This document shows, in pieces, positions 1-13,439 of a stretch of 64,000 nucleotides of DNA. Each line of letters starts with the position of its first letter. Position 1 is the first letter of the stretch. A program made the translations under genes and the position numbers. The notes under the pieces are model-generated. The model was not told where the DNA came from. It saw nothing but the letters and a program-made list of their open reading frames with translations, and did not search any database. Source of the DNA: Bilabrum cf. latius (taxonomy: Eukaryota); assembly GCA_965178125.1 (NCBI GenBank), contig OZ237744.1:248001-312000 (forward strand), read 5' to 3'.

Positions 1-258
1 GGGCTTGGGATGCATCCAACCGTGAGAGTACGGTAGTACACGTCTGGTAGGTGCGGCCACTTTTGTCTGTCGTCAAAATAGTGCGACCGAGGCGGCAAGC
101 GACGGCGACCATCCCAAGCCGGAACCAGCATTTTTACACCGGACTTGCACAGCTTCCGGGGCTCAGGCATCGAATTCTTGCCAGGCCAAGCACCTTCTAC
201 TTTACTGATTAGCATATTCAGTCGATTTTATAGTCTTTCGCAAGATTGGGGCAAGCCA

Positions 259-3200
259 ATGCTAGCTGACCGCCAGCAAAATGGCTGCCCGTTCACCACG
301 ACCTACGGCTAGCGGATGCAAATGTCTGTTTGTTGGTCATTTTCGGTGTTCGTTTTCGTCGGTATAATGATCGGGTTTCCATTGACTCCCAGAATACTTC
401 GAGGCGGCGACGCTCCCCTCGCCAGATCTGCTCGAGAGCCTGAAACGCTTGCCGCAGTTGGTGGAGTCCTGGCGTGCATTCTCTTGGCTGCCCTAGCTTC
501 AGAGGTATTTACGTTGTGGGCACGAGAAGTTGAGAGTCAGAATAGAATCGTTCTATTTGGTCTCAATATTAATCGAAAAGAGGACGGCGGGATTGATGTA
601 CGGTGCAGACCCATAGGAAAGAGCGGCGACGCTCTCAGTGGCTTGACCACGGAAACCACGAAGTCTGGAGCGAGTCATGTGCCAAAATCTTTGGGTGATA
701 CTGAAGAGACTATGTCTTGGCAGCCCTGTGCATGGTGCAGACGTGGCATTGTGTGGGCTTGCCTTCGCTCTGAATCCGCGGAAGACGCCTCCCTTTGGCT
801 TGCAAGATCAGTACTGCTGGCGTTTTGGCCGTGTTGGTGCGACATCAGAAGTAGTTGTTGCCATCCTAAAGGAAACACTGGCATGAATGAGCCGTACTGG
901 GCTGAATAGCTGGAGAGAGACCTGAGACTCGATGCGGTCGTGGAGCAGCCATCCAGCGAGACTGACTCCTAGTCGCGTTCAGCGACCACACCAGCCCCAG
1001 CGGCCCCTTCAGGCTCAATCCAGCCAATAGAGTCTTCTTTACAGGAGGGTAGTGGGTTGCTCTCAGGCGATTCCTTGAACTCTCGTGCAGAGCACAGGGG
1101 TAGGGCTGGCAGGCGCCATGCCCGCAGGGGCAGTGGTGCAGGCGTGGAATCGGCCGTAGCAGGAAAGGCGCCTGTTCGATACATTGACACGCAGCATGTG
1201 TCGCAATTGACTCCCCGTGCGGCGACCAGCTCTGCCCCTGGCAAGTCGCGCGTGTCAGAGAACCCTCCGACTACGCCGCATGACTAGGAGCATGTCAGCA
1301 GGAGCCGAGCAGGGCTTGGCCGAGGGCACAAAGTTGCAGCGGCAACTAGATTCTTGGGAACTGTCGCTGTGCCTGTAATTGCAATCTATATTATCACGGT
1401 GTACGCGGCGGTGCTGGATATCTGCAATGGGCCTGGACGGGGGAGCGGCAAGGTCGTGACCATGTGGATCATGTGGCCGATCATCGCAACAATAGACTAC
1501 GATAGAGTTGCCGTACCGTGGCTTGGCGTGCAGTTGGCATATATTGTATGGGTATTAGCGTTGAATGCAACGATAAGTGGATTAGGAGGAGCTTGGCCGT
1601 TCGGGAGGGCAGACCTCGACGTGCTGCCAGAGGAGCACAGGCACAGTTTCACGAGCCCGCTGGGTCTGAATGCGGTCGGTCAAGCTGGGTTCTTGATATC
1701 TCTGTGGTGCTTTGAGACCGTCAATATTTTACCGGCGCTTAGTCTGGATACGACTTACCTGAGGTGGAGGGTCGAGGTGGCAGAACGTGAGCTGGTCGAG
1801 TCTCGCGTCCGGGCAGCTGAGCAGCAGCGCGCCATCGTGAATACAGTAGTGTCGCAAGTGCCAAAATTTGCATAGGATTGCATGAATCAAGGCATCACGG
1901 CATTTGAAACGAAACCCGTTGTGATGGCTGTGAGAATCAGTGGGCGGCCAGACGAACCAACTCCCGTGCCGAATGCCGGTCTCCCGGATCGCCCAAAAAC
2001 GAGCGGTGGGGCAGGAGGCGGGGCTGCTTGCCCGATTGCAGGCAGAAGCGGCTTGGACACCGTCGATGGGGGTGGGTTCGTCGGCAGGATGCCACTGGAG
2101 GCAATTTGTGAGCACATGGATCGCCAGGTTTCAATGGGCTGCACAAATAGCTCTTTGGCAGGACAGGCTGCAGCGAATGGATCACGTGCCAGCCACCAGC
2201 GCCCTTTCATTCCAATGCTGAAATTATTGCTGTAGAGGTGTACGTCCGGCCGATATTCGGACGCACCAACAGGTCTAGCAGCATCTTCGATTGGTGTGTT
2301 GAGCCGTCAGCAGCAGGCAAAGCTACGGTGGCTGTGTCAGTTTCCATCCGGTGCAGTGCCAAGCTCCACAACCGTGGACAAGATCCACGCTGGCGTGAGT
2401 CTGGCTGTTCCAATCGATGCCTCCCCTATTGGCGGTGGAGCCTCGGTGAGCAGCGCCCCTCAGTTGTCATCAGGGCGTGAATCTGCGCAGTGGACCGGGG
2501 CAGTGGGCATGCGCACTCCGACCCGCCGCTGCCCTGATGTGGACCACAGATCACGCAGGCATTTGACTTCACTGTCGTGCTTGCATGGCATCAAAGCGGT
2601 GCTTGATGCTGCCTCGTCCTCCTTCACACTAGACGGGACGTGCCTGAGCGCAGGCCTCTCGTGCCCAACATCGTCCCAGAGCTCAATGGCGGTAGGGCTG
2701 CTCGGGCTGCAGCAACAGCCACAGGAATGGCACGCCTTTGGCGGGGGGCGTTTACATGCCAGCCAGTTGGCAGCCTAGGCGCAAGCGTGCTCGGAGGCCA
2801 ATGTGGGCTGGGCCGCTACGTGCACGATTTGCTTATCCCGCCGGTCGCTCGATCGACTTGAGGACACTCTTCTCACTCTCCGAGATGCTATCGAAGCAGC
2901 ATAGCAGTGGTACCTTGCTATGGCTTCCGGGCAAGACCCTGAACGCCAGCACGAAGTTAGCTGGGGCATTGCAGGGTCATACTCAAAGGCTGTGGTGCTA
3001 GCGACAGCCGCAGTGCTGGGTAGGACAAGGAAGGCCAAACAAGGACTGGATCTGGTTCTGAGTTGGCTGTAGTCATGTTCAGATGCTACGATGCCGTAGG
3101 TGTCAGGAGTACAAGAATCTAGCAATGATGCAGGGCTTCAATTTAGCAACAATCCAGCTACGAGACAGCCGCAAACCGGCTTCAACCAATCCACCAGTGA

Positions 3201-6200
3201 GCGGTACGTTGTCCTGCAAGCTGATGTTGGCAAGTTGAATGGAACACATTTGCACGCAGGGCCGTGCGATAGGATTCATGCTCACTCTGGCTCAGGCATG
3301 CGCCCGCAATCGGCTTCGATGGACATTTCGCAAGCTGATGCACGTAGTCTGATTGCAGCCATTCAGCACGCCATGGAGCTTCTGTCCAGCAACGAACCCC
3401 GCGCAGCTGCAGCAGCTGCAGCTACATAGAGCGAGCTAGCTGCGGAGCATTCCGCTCCCAAATGGGCCACTGCTGTGCTGGTCAGCCTCATGAAGTCTCC
3501 GAAGGCGGGCGCAGCTGACGAGAGGCCTGATGCATCCGCTGCTGCTGGTCGTCCCAAGGCTTTGCGTGAGGAATCAATTCCCCAGCCACCCGAGGCGCTT
3601 GCAACGTCGCACGCTGCGCTGATTAACGCGCCTGTCACTTCACTTGGGGCATGGTCGGCAATTGTTCTGCCGAAACGAATGCTTGATCGCTCGAATTGGG
3701 GAGGCAAGAGTGATAGACGATCGAAGGACTATCTCGGGCTTGCGTTAAAGTCTCCGATCATCGCATGTATGCAAGGGATTGGGATATGGATCGATATCTG
3801 CTTCAGCATTTACAGTTTGTTTAACTTGGAGTGCACTCAACACCCGGATCAACCACCATCATTTGGCCGTGTTCTGGTGATCTTCCTGCCGAGTCTTCTC
3901 TCGTCCTCTTTGGTCGTTGGGTGGTCGTCCAGCGCGCTATACCAGGGGCAAGAAATGCAACTGAAGGAAAGCATGACCCTGTTCGCGATCTAGCTGCTCG
4001 GTCACATGGTGTATAACCTATTGCTACGATTCAATGTCGTCCTGCGCACCTGCACGTCGGCGGCCATAGTGCTGATGAACAACTCGACCACACTTTCTAG
4101 CATGCTGCTGGCGTCTGGCGTGCTGGTGCTGTATGGCACCAACCTTGCCTCTGTAGCCATTGTAGTTTTAATCGGATTGTGTTCGGGCAACGGCCTGTAC
4201 CGGGGTATCGTCTCTGTCTTTGCGCGGCTGGGCGCAGCGACGGACCTAGAGAGCATCGGCTAGGAGTGTGACAGAGTGTTCCCACCTGACAACGTAACAG
4301 CAGATGTGCTGGGATCAATCGACCTTATCATTGACGTTGCTTACGTCTTAAGCTTTGCAATTATACAGTATTTCTCCGGAATGGTTGTGTTTGTCCAGCT
4401 GCAACGCATGAACAGGATCGTGGCAGAGGCCCGAGCCGTGCAGCAGCAGTCAAAGAACAGTCTCGAGCGCGCTGCTGCCACACTGATGCCCAGGCGGGTT
4501 TTGATAGCATAGACAAACGATCCTCGTAGCAGTGAAGTCGGTCGAAGGTAGCATGGTGTCTCCTCATCGCACGCGGGCCGGTCGCAGCCTCCTGCGCTGT
4601 AGGCCGGAAGCACGGATACAGCTTCGGTGAGCAATGGGCAAATCTCCCTCGGGAACGGACTTGTTGCTACCCTGTGCCTTCCGGGTTTTGACCGTGTGAG
4701 CAACATTGCGGGACCACTAGCAACGCTAGCTCTCTTTCGTCGGATTGGTCAAGCTGCAGATGCCGTGTGTGCCATCTATGGGGCACTTCGGGTGGGGCAA
4801 GGGGAGTCGATGATGCAGCTGGGGTGGTTTGCGTCGCAGCAACCCGACTATTCGGGCGACAAGGACGAAGCAGTCCCCGCCCAGCTGCGCCTACGCGGTG
4901 TTTTGGGGGCGTGTGAGTTAGCTCGTCGAGCTCGCGAGCATCTAAGAGAGATGCAGGTCGGGCTAGGCGTTTCGGTTGGCGTGTCGTGTGGGGCTGTTGG
5001 GGTCACGATGGTCGGCCAGCACCCCACCACACTTGCATTTCAAGACAGGGTTCCTGTTTCCGTTGGCCATGGGCCGCTTTCGTACAGCAAGCGGCTGAGC
5101 AAGCTCGTGCCTGTTCGGGGGCGTGAGTGGGGCCTATCTCTATCGCGCGAAGGTACAGTCACTGTTTCCGAGGATTGTGTTGCTGGTCTTGCACCTGCTT
5201 GTCCCTGGTTATCGAAGTTTCTGATAGATCCAAGAAGCCGACCAGAGCGTTTCTACGGCCTTGACTTCACGCAGGACAATTGCTCTGTCGTGGAGTGGGA
5301 GTGTGTGTTAGGGCTGGCCGAACTGTTCGGGATGCTTCCGGGAACCCGGCCTCAGCAGCACGTCTTGGCCAGCAAGACCAGGTCAATCCTGATTCATGTG
5401 TCCAACTTGGAGCCACTACGGCTGAACAATAATAGCAGCACTGTGCCAGTTGCGTTTTTTGAACAGCCCGAGCCTGCAATCGCTGGGATCGATTGGGTGG
5501 CTAGACTGATGGAGGCCACTCGCGGCTCTACATTTTTCGCTGAGTGCGAGGACGATAATACGGAGGAGGAGCACACCACAAGCAGTCGCACTAGCATGGC
5601 TGCGGAATTTCACGGCACTGGAATCGAAGAATGGCTCGTGAGCTGGACGGCTGTTGCAGCTGGCCGGGCTCCAGAGAGCAGGCTGACCGGGCCGCTGCCT
5701 TGCCGTGACGTTGACGTTGGGATCCATGGCATGCTCGTTCGGCTCGCTGCGTTCGTCATTCCACCCGCTTCCTCTATTTGGAGCTCTTCTACGCAACCCC
5801 AGAATGCCAAGAGCCTCGTCCTACACGCCACGCTGGTTCATAGAAGCGACAGTATGGGTTGCCAGCGATTGATGCAGCGGAAGTCACCAATGTCGCCAGT
5901 ATCTTCGATAAGGCCCAGCTCGCCGCCAGATACATAGCGTGTTGCAAAGCCGCCAACAGTGGCATTGAGTTCCAATCCGCTGAGCATGAATGCGATGCAC
6001 ATGCAGATTTCTGACTTCAAGTGGCTCAAATTACTGGGAGAGGGCGGGTTTGCGAGAGTCTATGCCGCGGTGCATCGGCACACAGGCCGGCGAGTGGCGC
6101 TGAAGGTCAGCGCCAAGTCCAGCACGAGCTAGAACCAAGCGGCAGACAAGCCATCAGGGTCATATTCCGCTGGGAACTCCTCGAGGTAGGCCTCGCTTCG

Positions 6201-9171
6201 CGCTGATGTCGTGCGGAACGAGGTGGTTGCGCTAGCGAGGTGCTCGACCAGCAACGTGCCAGGGCCTTGCCAAATCCAAGGGCTGGTTGTCTCTGAACAG
6301 GGAGTGGGTCTCGTCCTCGAGCGGGTGAGTGGGTGCAGTTTGCGTGATGCAGTTAGGGGCAAATCTGGACGATGGAGAGTATCAGAAAACAACGTGCGGC
6401 CTTTGGCCAGGCAGTTGGCTTGCACGCTGGCAAAGCTGCACGCAGCCGGAGTGCTGCATCGCGACCTGAAGCCGTCAAATATGTTACTGGACGATGACGG
6501 TACCGTGCGTCTCGTAGACTTTGGCCTCGCGGCCGATTTAAGTAGCTCTCGCAAGAAGCAGCCTTTCGCACTGCCAGGATTCGATGATGTCTTGCCCGCA
6601 GCACCGCATCCTGGCATGCCTTCGCACCGGGTCGGCGAAGAGGTCAGCGATCGCGACGATGAGGCTAGGCCTTCACGTGGATGGGTAGCGGAGGACTTGC
6701 AAGGGCACGACGAGGTTGGCCTAGGCCTGCCTCTGCTGTTGCCTGCTGGCAAGGACGCCATGTGCTGCGGCGGATCCAAGCCGTACTTGTTCAAAGTCTC
6801 CTCCATGCCTGTCTCGGTGTTGCTTGTTGGCCACGCTGTAGCCCGAGGCAAGCCAAAGCACCGTGTCTACACCGAATCGTTTGACGCCATTTGCAAATAG
6901 TTTGGTGAGTTCGCCGGTCCTGAGAAGAAGATGGAGCTAACGACAGCTCAAAGCCTGTCGGCCGCACGAGTACTCCTGCATCAGGAGCCTCTACTCTACG
7001 ACTGCGTAGTTGTATGCGACTTAACCGATAGAGCGGGGCAAAGCACTGCCAGTGCTGCATCTTCTGGCGATCACGACCACGTGCTGCGCCGGCACGCCCC
7101 GAACGATCGGTCCAGGTTAGTCAGCGCCATCTGGAAAGCTGGCAGCATTGCGGCCAAGCGGATGCTCAAGACTGTTGGTCTGCCGCAGATCGCTGAAAAC
7201 GTGGCAGCAATGGTCCCTCAGGCATTCACGCTTCAGGCGGATACTACAAGCCTACCTTCTGTTGATGCTGTTCGGGACATGCTGGATCAGATTGTCGAAG
7301 TCGGTAGGCACCGTGACGGGACGATACCGCGGCTGCTGCGACAGAAGCGCCCTGAAGATGCAGTGGTCCCAGCTGCCAGCAGAAGCGACGAAACGGATCC
7401 TCCGACAGCAGCCGTGTAGACGGTCTAGGACTCAGCAAGCTTGCCATCATTGCCCGCCACAGGACTGAGACCCAGTCGGGAGTCGTCATCGCGATCAGCT
7501 GCCGCACAGCGGCCTGAGCAGGGAGGCGCCTTGCCGCAGGTGCTGACCAGCGGGAAATTAAGGAGTCCAAGCGTCACGGACGGGGAGCGGAAGCCTGCCA
7601 ACGCTCCAAGCACGGGCCAAGCCCGAACTGGTGGGAACTTGCATCGCACGCGAGTACACGTAGCTGAGGTTCAGGTTGCAAATAGCGACGATTCCACCAA
7701 CCACGGGGAATTCTCTTCAGTGGCCTCGAAAACAAGCACAATTGTGGCGAACCAGCCTGGTACTGACATCAAAAGGACTGTAGATTACATCTATCGCGAG
7801 AAGCAGCCCTTCGTGGCAGGCATAGCTGGCACTCCTCTCTTTATGGCCCCTGAGCTCTTCCAGCACCAGGGGCAGAGAGCCAGCGATTACTGGTCCATGG
7901 GTGTGACGCTGTTCTGGCTGCTGTCAGGTAGAATGCCATTCGGTGGAATATCAGGTAAGCAATAGCTCGCAGCTGCTCGCAAGGGCGACATCTCCTGGCA
8001 CCTGCTGCCGGGCTGCCTCAGCCCAGCCTGCATCGATCTGCTCAGGGGGCTGCTGGAGCCGAACGCTAGCTAGCGATACGATGCTGGCGTGCTGGCGTGC
8101 CATCCATTTCTTGCTCCAAAAGACGAGGGTACCTTCGAGCAGGTGCTAAAGGTGGGTCGCGATGGCCACCGCCGTCTGCGGCGCAGCAGGTACTGGGCGG
8201 CAGATCACGAAGAGATCTTGGATGAGCTCGTGCTTGCAAGATGGACAGTGGACGATCCATTCGTACATGCCGATGAAGGATGCGATGCAGAGCACGAGCC
8301 TGCTGCTCAGGCTCAGGGTGGGAGCAATGGCGGGGTTCAGGTAGTGCGTGGCCAAGAGGTCACCGCAGAGGGATGCGCCGAGAAGGCAAGTGCACTGGTC
8401 AACCATGCCGGCTTGGAGCTGCTCCCGGTAGCTCCCATGACGGAATCGCTCGGTAGCAGTGTGTACAGGAAGGTAAGCTCTGCCAGTGCGTCGGGGAGCG
8501 CGGTTTCAGGACACGCTATCGTGCTCGATGCGACGCACCGGCCAGGCCATCAGGCGGTAAAGTCCCGCAGCAAGAAGCAGCGCAGCTACCGCAGAGCCAG
8601 AGAAAAGATCGAGCAGACGGCCAAGGAGGCAGCAATCCTGGAGATATACTGCCACAGGGTAGGCATACGCATGCAGTGGAAGCTTGCTGCCTTCGCCAGG
8701 CCACGCTGCATTGGAGCCGATGCTGTAGAGGAAGCGGCTGTCCGCGATCTCAATGCGATGGGATATGACCGAGATTCCATCCGCGTCGCCATTCTGAGGC
8801 AAAACCACAAAATGCAAGTCAGTGCTGAGGAATTCGCGGGCTGGGACGATGGGGTGGGTGGGATAGGTGCGCTCGATGCCGCAGTGAGCCTGGCCAGTGG
8901 TAGCGGAAGCGGTCGTTCGGGGGAGCACAGCGGTGGCTATAGCACCACAACTGAGCAGCAGGACGGTGAAATCGACCAGGAGAGCAGCGGGCTCGGTGCT
9001 GGCGATGAGGAGCTTGGCGGTGGCGTAGCGGGCGTGCTAGGTGAAGAGGGCAAATCGCGAGTGCACTACGGCTTCGCGTCGCTCCCCAGCGTGATTGAGG
9101 CGAGAGAGTCTGAAATAGAGGAAGGGGCAGCAGGTTCGACCACGAGCCAGATCGACTCGGACGACTTATGA
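259..9171 (+). CDS. Large membrane protein (~2970 aa): two TM clusters, degenerate class III nucleotidyl-cyclase-like region(s), C-terminal AGC-like Ser/Thr kinase with a long activation-segment insert
   Basis: ORFs at 316, 1057, 1354, 1882, 2296, 3100, 3475, 4006, 4276, 4627, 6211, 6931, 7441 and 8089 are all in one frame, separated only by TAG (~24), and end at TGA 9169-9171. Kinase motifs: LGEGGFARV and VALK (~6030-6110), [11 protein letters not shown], then GTPLFMAPE and DYWSMGV (~7830-7900), HPF (~8100). Start uncertain: ATG at 259 or 316, and the frame is open back to base 1. Confidence 0.85.
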
Positions 9172-9330
9172 GGGGTTTGTGTTTTTTTGCTTTTAACTGT
9201 AGATTGGGCGAGGGCCAGTTGTGATTGAATTCTCATCGTTCTGTATCGGGAGCAATCTGCGCTTGCCCTCGTCACAAGTTCTAGGCCTCTGCGTGGCCGC
9301 ATTCGGTAATAGATGCATGGTATCGCTACG

Positions 9331-10908
9331 TCATCCCTTGATCACTCCCATCGGCTTCAGCTTGACCGCCTTGCTCGATATTCCCGCCGCGTGGCACTCG
9401 TCCACCACCTGTGTCACGTTCTTGTACGACTCGTCAGCCTCCTCCATGACCAGCTTGGGCGATGCCACCCGGATGCTGATGCCCTTCTTGCTGAGAGAGT
9501 CCAGCACGTGCGTGTAGTCTAGAGTACGCCTGCTCTTGTCCCTGCTCTTTGCCCTGCCAGCGCCGTGGCACGTCGATCCCCACGTCTCTTTCATCCCTTT
9601 CTCCGTTCCGGTCAGCACGTACGAGCACGTGCCCATGCTGCCTCCAATCAGCACCGGCTGCCCGATGAACTGGTAGTCCACTGGGACGAGGGGATGATGA
9701 GGCCCGAACGCTCTTGTGGAACCCTTCCTATGGACTAGCAACTTCTTCGCCTTGCCGTCCACGAGATGCTCCTCGATCTTGGCCATATTGTGGGAGGTGT
9801 CATACACCACCGCCATGTCGAGGTCGTCCGGCGAGCTGGTGAAGATCTTAGCAAAGGCCTAACGCGCGAGGAACGTCATCGCCGACCGGTTGACCCAGCT
9901 GTAGTTCGCAGCAGCCGCCATGGCCTTCAGATAGTCCTAACCCTCAGTCGACCAAATCCTTGCGCACGCGAGCTGCCGGTCATTGGGCACGATGTTGTCC
10001 CGTCGCATGGCGGTGTCCATCTGAAGCAACGCATCGGATGCCACCTGGTGACCCAGTCCTCTGGACCCAGAGTGGATCATGACCACCACCTGACCCACCT
10101 CGTCGATTCCCATCCTTTTTGCTGCGGCCTTGTCGAACACCTTTTCTACATACTGTATCTCAGCGTAGTGGTTTCCGCTGCCCAGCGTGGCCACCTGCTG
10201 CAGCCCCCTCTTCTTCGCTCGCTTGGATACCTTGCTGGGGTCTGCCAGCAGCATCCTGCCCTGCTCTTCGCAGTGCTCCTTGTCTTCTGCCCACGAGTAT
10301 CCCTCTCGCACGCTCCAATCCATGCCCATCTCTAGCACGCTCTCCAGGTCCGACGACGTCATCGGGATCACCCCCTTGGAGCCTACCCCGACCGGCACGT
10401 GGTTGAACAGCTCTTGCGTGAGCTTTTCTTGCACCGGACGCACATCTTCCACTCGCAGGTTTGTTCGCAGCAATCGTACGCCGCACCCTATGTCGAAACC
10501 AACGCTCCCAGGGCTCACGACTGCTTCCGGGTCGGCCATGTCGAATGCTGCTACCCCACCGATAGGAAATCCGTACCCGGCATGCATGTCTGGCATCGCA
10601 AGAGACTCGCCCACAATACCAGGGAGCGCAGCCACATTTGCAGCCTGCTTGAAACCTGGCAAGAACACGCCACGCTGCCCCCGCTCAGTCATGTTGCAAT
10701 ACCTCTCAAATTCATCGAACGCATGCTTCTCCAAGTCCCCTGCAACAAAAATCCGAGCTGTTGTCCTCATATTCGGGACAAAACCTTTCGCTATCCTGAG
10801 GCTAGTATCGTCCGCACTCGAGATGAACTCCTTCTCCCGAGAAAACAGGGAGGCTCTTGACTTGGACGACCCGCTGCTCGCCGCAGAGCTTCCAGCAACA
10901 CCTGCCAT
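9331..10908 (-). CDS. RTCB: tRNA-splicing ligase RtcB (eukaryote/archaeal type), 525 aa
   Basis: Motifs [62 protein letters not shown] and C-terminal [11 protein letters not shown]. One frame with two internal TAGs (9937-9939, 9859-9861) at EG*DYLK and FLAR*AFAK. Confidence 0.97.
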
Positions 10909-11309
10909 ACTATATTTTGCGAGAATGCAACGGACGTCGATATACGACAGAGCAAGAGCGCGCGGATTCCATTTCTGCCCGAAACCGGAGTGGTTTGCAA
11001 GAGGTCCTTTGTAGCGTGTTGAACTTTCAAGAAGAAGATTAAAACCGGAACCACACTGTTGGCAACTTCAAGTTGAAGAACGACCGCGCACTCGGGGCCA
11101 GACAGTTCTGCGACAAGCAATTTGTGTCTGTAAACAATGCAAGTTTGATGCCATGGTCACACGCCACCTTCGCGACACACCCTCTAAAACACACGGACCA
11201 GAGCTACGGAATTTATTGACGCAGCTCTGGCTCCATTGGGACGATTCCCGTCACCCAGTACTACTAGTAGCCGGGTTGATTTTCCTACCATGCCCTGCAA
11301 GTGACACGA

Positions 11310-13272
11310 TCACCCAGTGATGGGATGGGAGCAGTACCGGATCCCCAAAATCGTGCTCACTTCCTCGATCACGGCCAGCGCCTTGTCCAGCTGCTCCCTG
11401 GAGTGCCCAGCGCTGATGCAAAACCTGACGCGAGACGTCACCAGCGGAGTCGCCGGGTACCCAACCACAACGACTGCCACTCCACGCTTGAAGCACTCCC
11501 TCGAAAACGCCGCGATCTTGGAGGGGTGGTACAGCGTGACCGGAACCACGGGCGAGTCATAGTGCCCGTACACCTGAAGTCCCATCTTGACGCACCTCTC
11601 CCTGAAGTAGTTGGACTGCTCTTTGAGCGCGTCCAGCTTCTGCTGCCCCACACCGGGTGCGACCGTCCCCTTGATGACACGCAGTGCAGTGAGCACCTGC
11701 TGGCAGACTACCGGAGACATGCAGTTTCCGTACAGCTGCCCCGTCGAGTTGCTCCTGAGGTACCTTACGAATTCCTTGCTGCCCGCGATGTAGCCCCCCA
11801 TTGCGCCGAAGCTCTTCGTGAACGTCCCCATCATCACGTCGATGTCCGAGGGCGGCACCCCCTTCTGCGCGCAAACGCCCTTGCCACCAGGCCCAAGCGC
11901 CCCGATCGAGTGCGCCTCGTCCAAGTATATGTATGCCTTGTACTTCTTGCATACCCTCACGATCTCCTTGAGGGTGCATATCTCGCCCTCCATGGAGTAC
12001 ACTCCCTCGACGAGCACAATGATCTTGCGCCAGGGGCGGCGGGTCCGGGGCTGCCCCGTGATGATGGCGTCCTTGAGCATCGCGTCCAGCTTGCGGTGGT
12101 TGTCGTGGGAGAACACGCGGATTTCGGCTCCGGACGACCTGGCGCCGTTGACGATGGAGGTGTGGTTGAGGGTGTCCGACAGGATGAGGCATCCCTTGCC
12201 GACGAGCGAGGGCAGGGTGCCCGTGTTGGTGCCGTAACCCATGTTAAAGATAGCAGCATCGTCCTTGCCCACGAACGAAGCGACTTCCCGCTCAAGCTGC
12301 CTGTGCAGCGACGTGTATCCGCCGTCCGCGGCGGCGCTGCACGTCGAGGCGGGGAAGCGCTGCAGCGATCCCTTCACGGACTGGCCGCACGTTTTCTCCC
12401 AATCGTCAGCAAATCCGAGGTAGTTGTAAGAACCCAGGTTGATGCATGTCCTCTCCTTACCGCTCAGCCTGCTCGAGAAAACAAGAACCGTGATGCGTCC
12501 GAACGCCGCGTACAAAGCGCACTGAAACAGAAGGAGAAATGGCCGCATACAGATCCGCGCTCATTAGAGAGAACGATTTTCAAATCGCAGGTGCTCACTC
12601 CAATGAGTAGTTGCCATCATTCGACTCTCGCTCAAGCACCTTGATAGCGCCAGCGGTCGGTGGGCCATCAATCGGCCGATTCCAGCAATCCTGGATTGGG
12701 TGGTACAACCTCCTTGTATAGAAATTTTCCCAATCTTTCAGCAACGGGGCATACCCTTGCTGCAAGGGACTTGCGGGAGAGCGGCGATACTAGGGCGGGC
12801 AGTTCAGCCGGAAAGTCGGGGATACGTGTTCGAATGAATGGCAGCATACCGGTTGCAATGCTGCGGCCTAACAGTCCATCTCATAGAATGCAGACCAACT
12901 TTGACTGAGTTCCCACGGTGCTTTCGGAACAGACGCCAGCAGGCCGAATGCGGGGTGCGCGCTTGCTGATGGCAGAAGACTCACCTTTGGTGCATTGTTT
13001 CCGCCAAAGTACCGGGACCATCCCGTCAGCTTTCCAAACCAATCTCTTATGTGTCCAAACAAAATTAGAATCGCGTAGCTCAGATACGTTGTCAAAGCTG
13101 GAACAACTGGGATTTCCTCAGAGGATGTCGCTGACGTCTTCTCCGTCGCCTACGCGGCTTTTCCTGGTCGAATAGGGCGCTTGTCACCGCTGCGCACCTT
13201 CTGAAGGGATTCAACAGATGCCGAAGCCCGAAGGCCAGCAGTCACATTGGCAATGCCTGCTACTGAGCTCAT
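11310..13272 (-). CDS. SPT2: Serine palmitoyltransferase LCB2/SPT2 subunit, 3 exons
   Basis: Exons 13272-12985, 12759-12599, 12468-11310 with GTGAG...CAG introns. Motifs YAPLLKDWENFYTRRLY, NLGSYNYLGF, DEAHSIGA and PLP-lysine GTFTKSFG. One internal TAG at 13150-13152. Ends TGA. Confidence 0.93.
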
Positions 13273-13439
13273 CGTAATCCTGAAAATGCGCTTCCCCGAC
13301 AAATTCGGTTTCGGCCGTGGCCGTTGGTGAAATGGCACGGTTCAAACTTCAGAAGGCCGATTCGGTGCAGCGCTTCCCAATGCATAAAACATGGCGATTT
13401 TGACGTATGTACAGTAGACTAGAAATATGCATCGATCGC

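Noticed and set aside
11301-12644. 447-aa plus-strand ORF, and similar long antisense ORFs (13407-14396, 30419-31498, 44280-45380)
   Set aside because: They are shadows of real genes on the opposite strand in GC-rich DNA and have no recognisable motifs.
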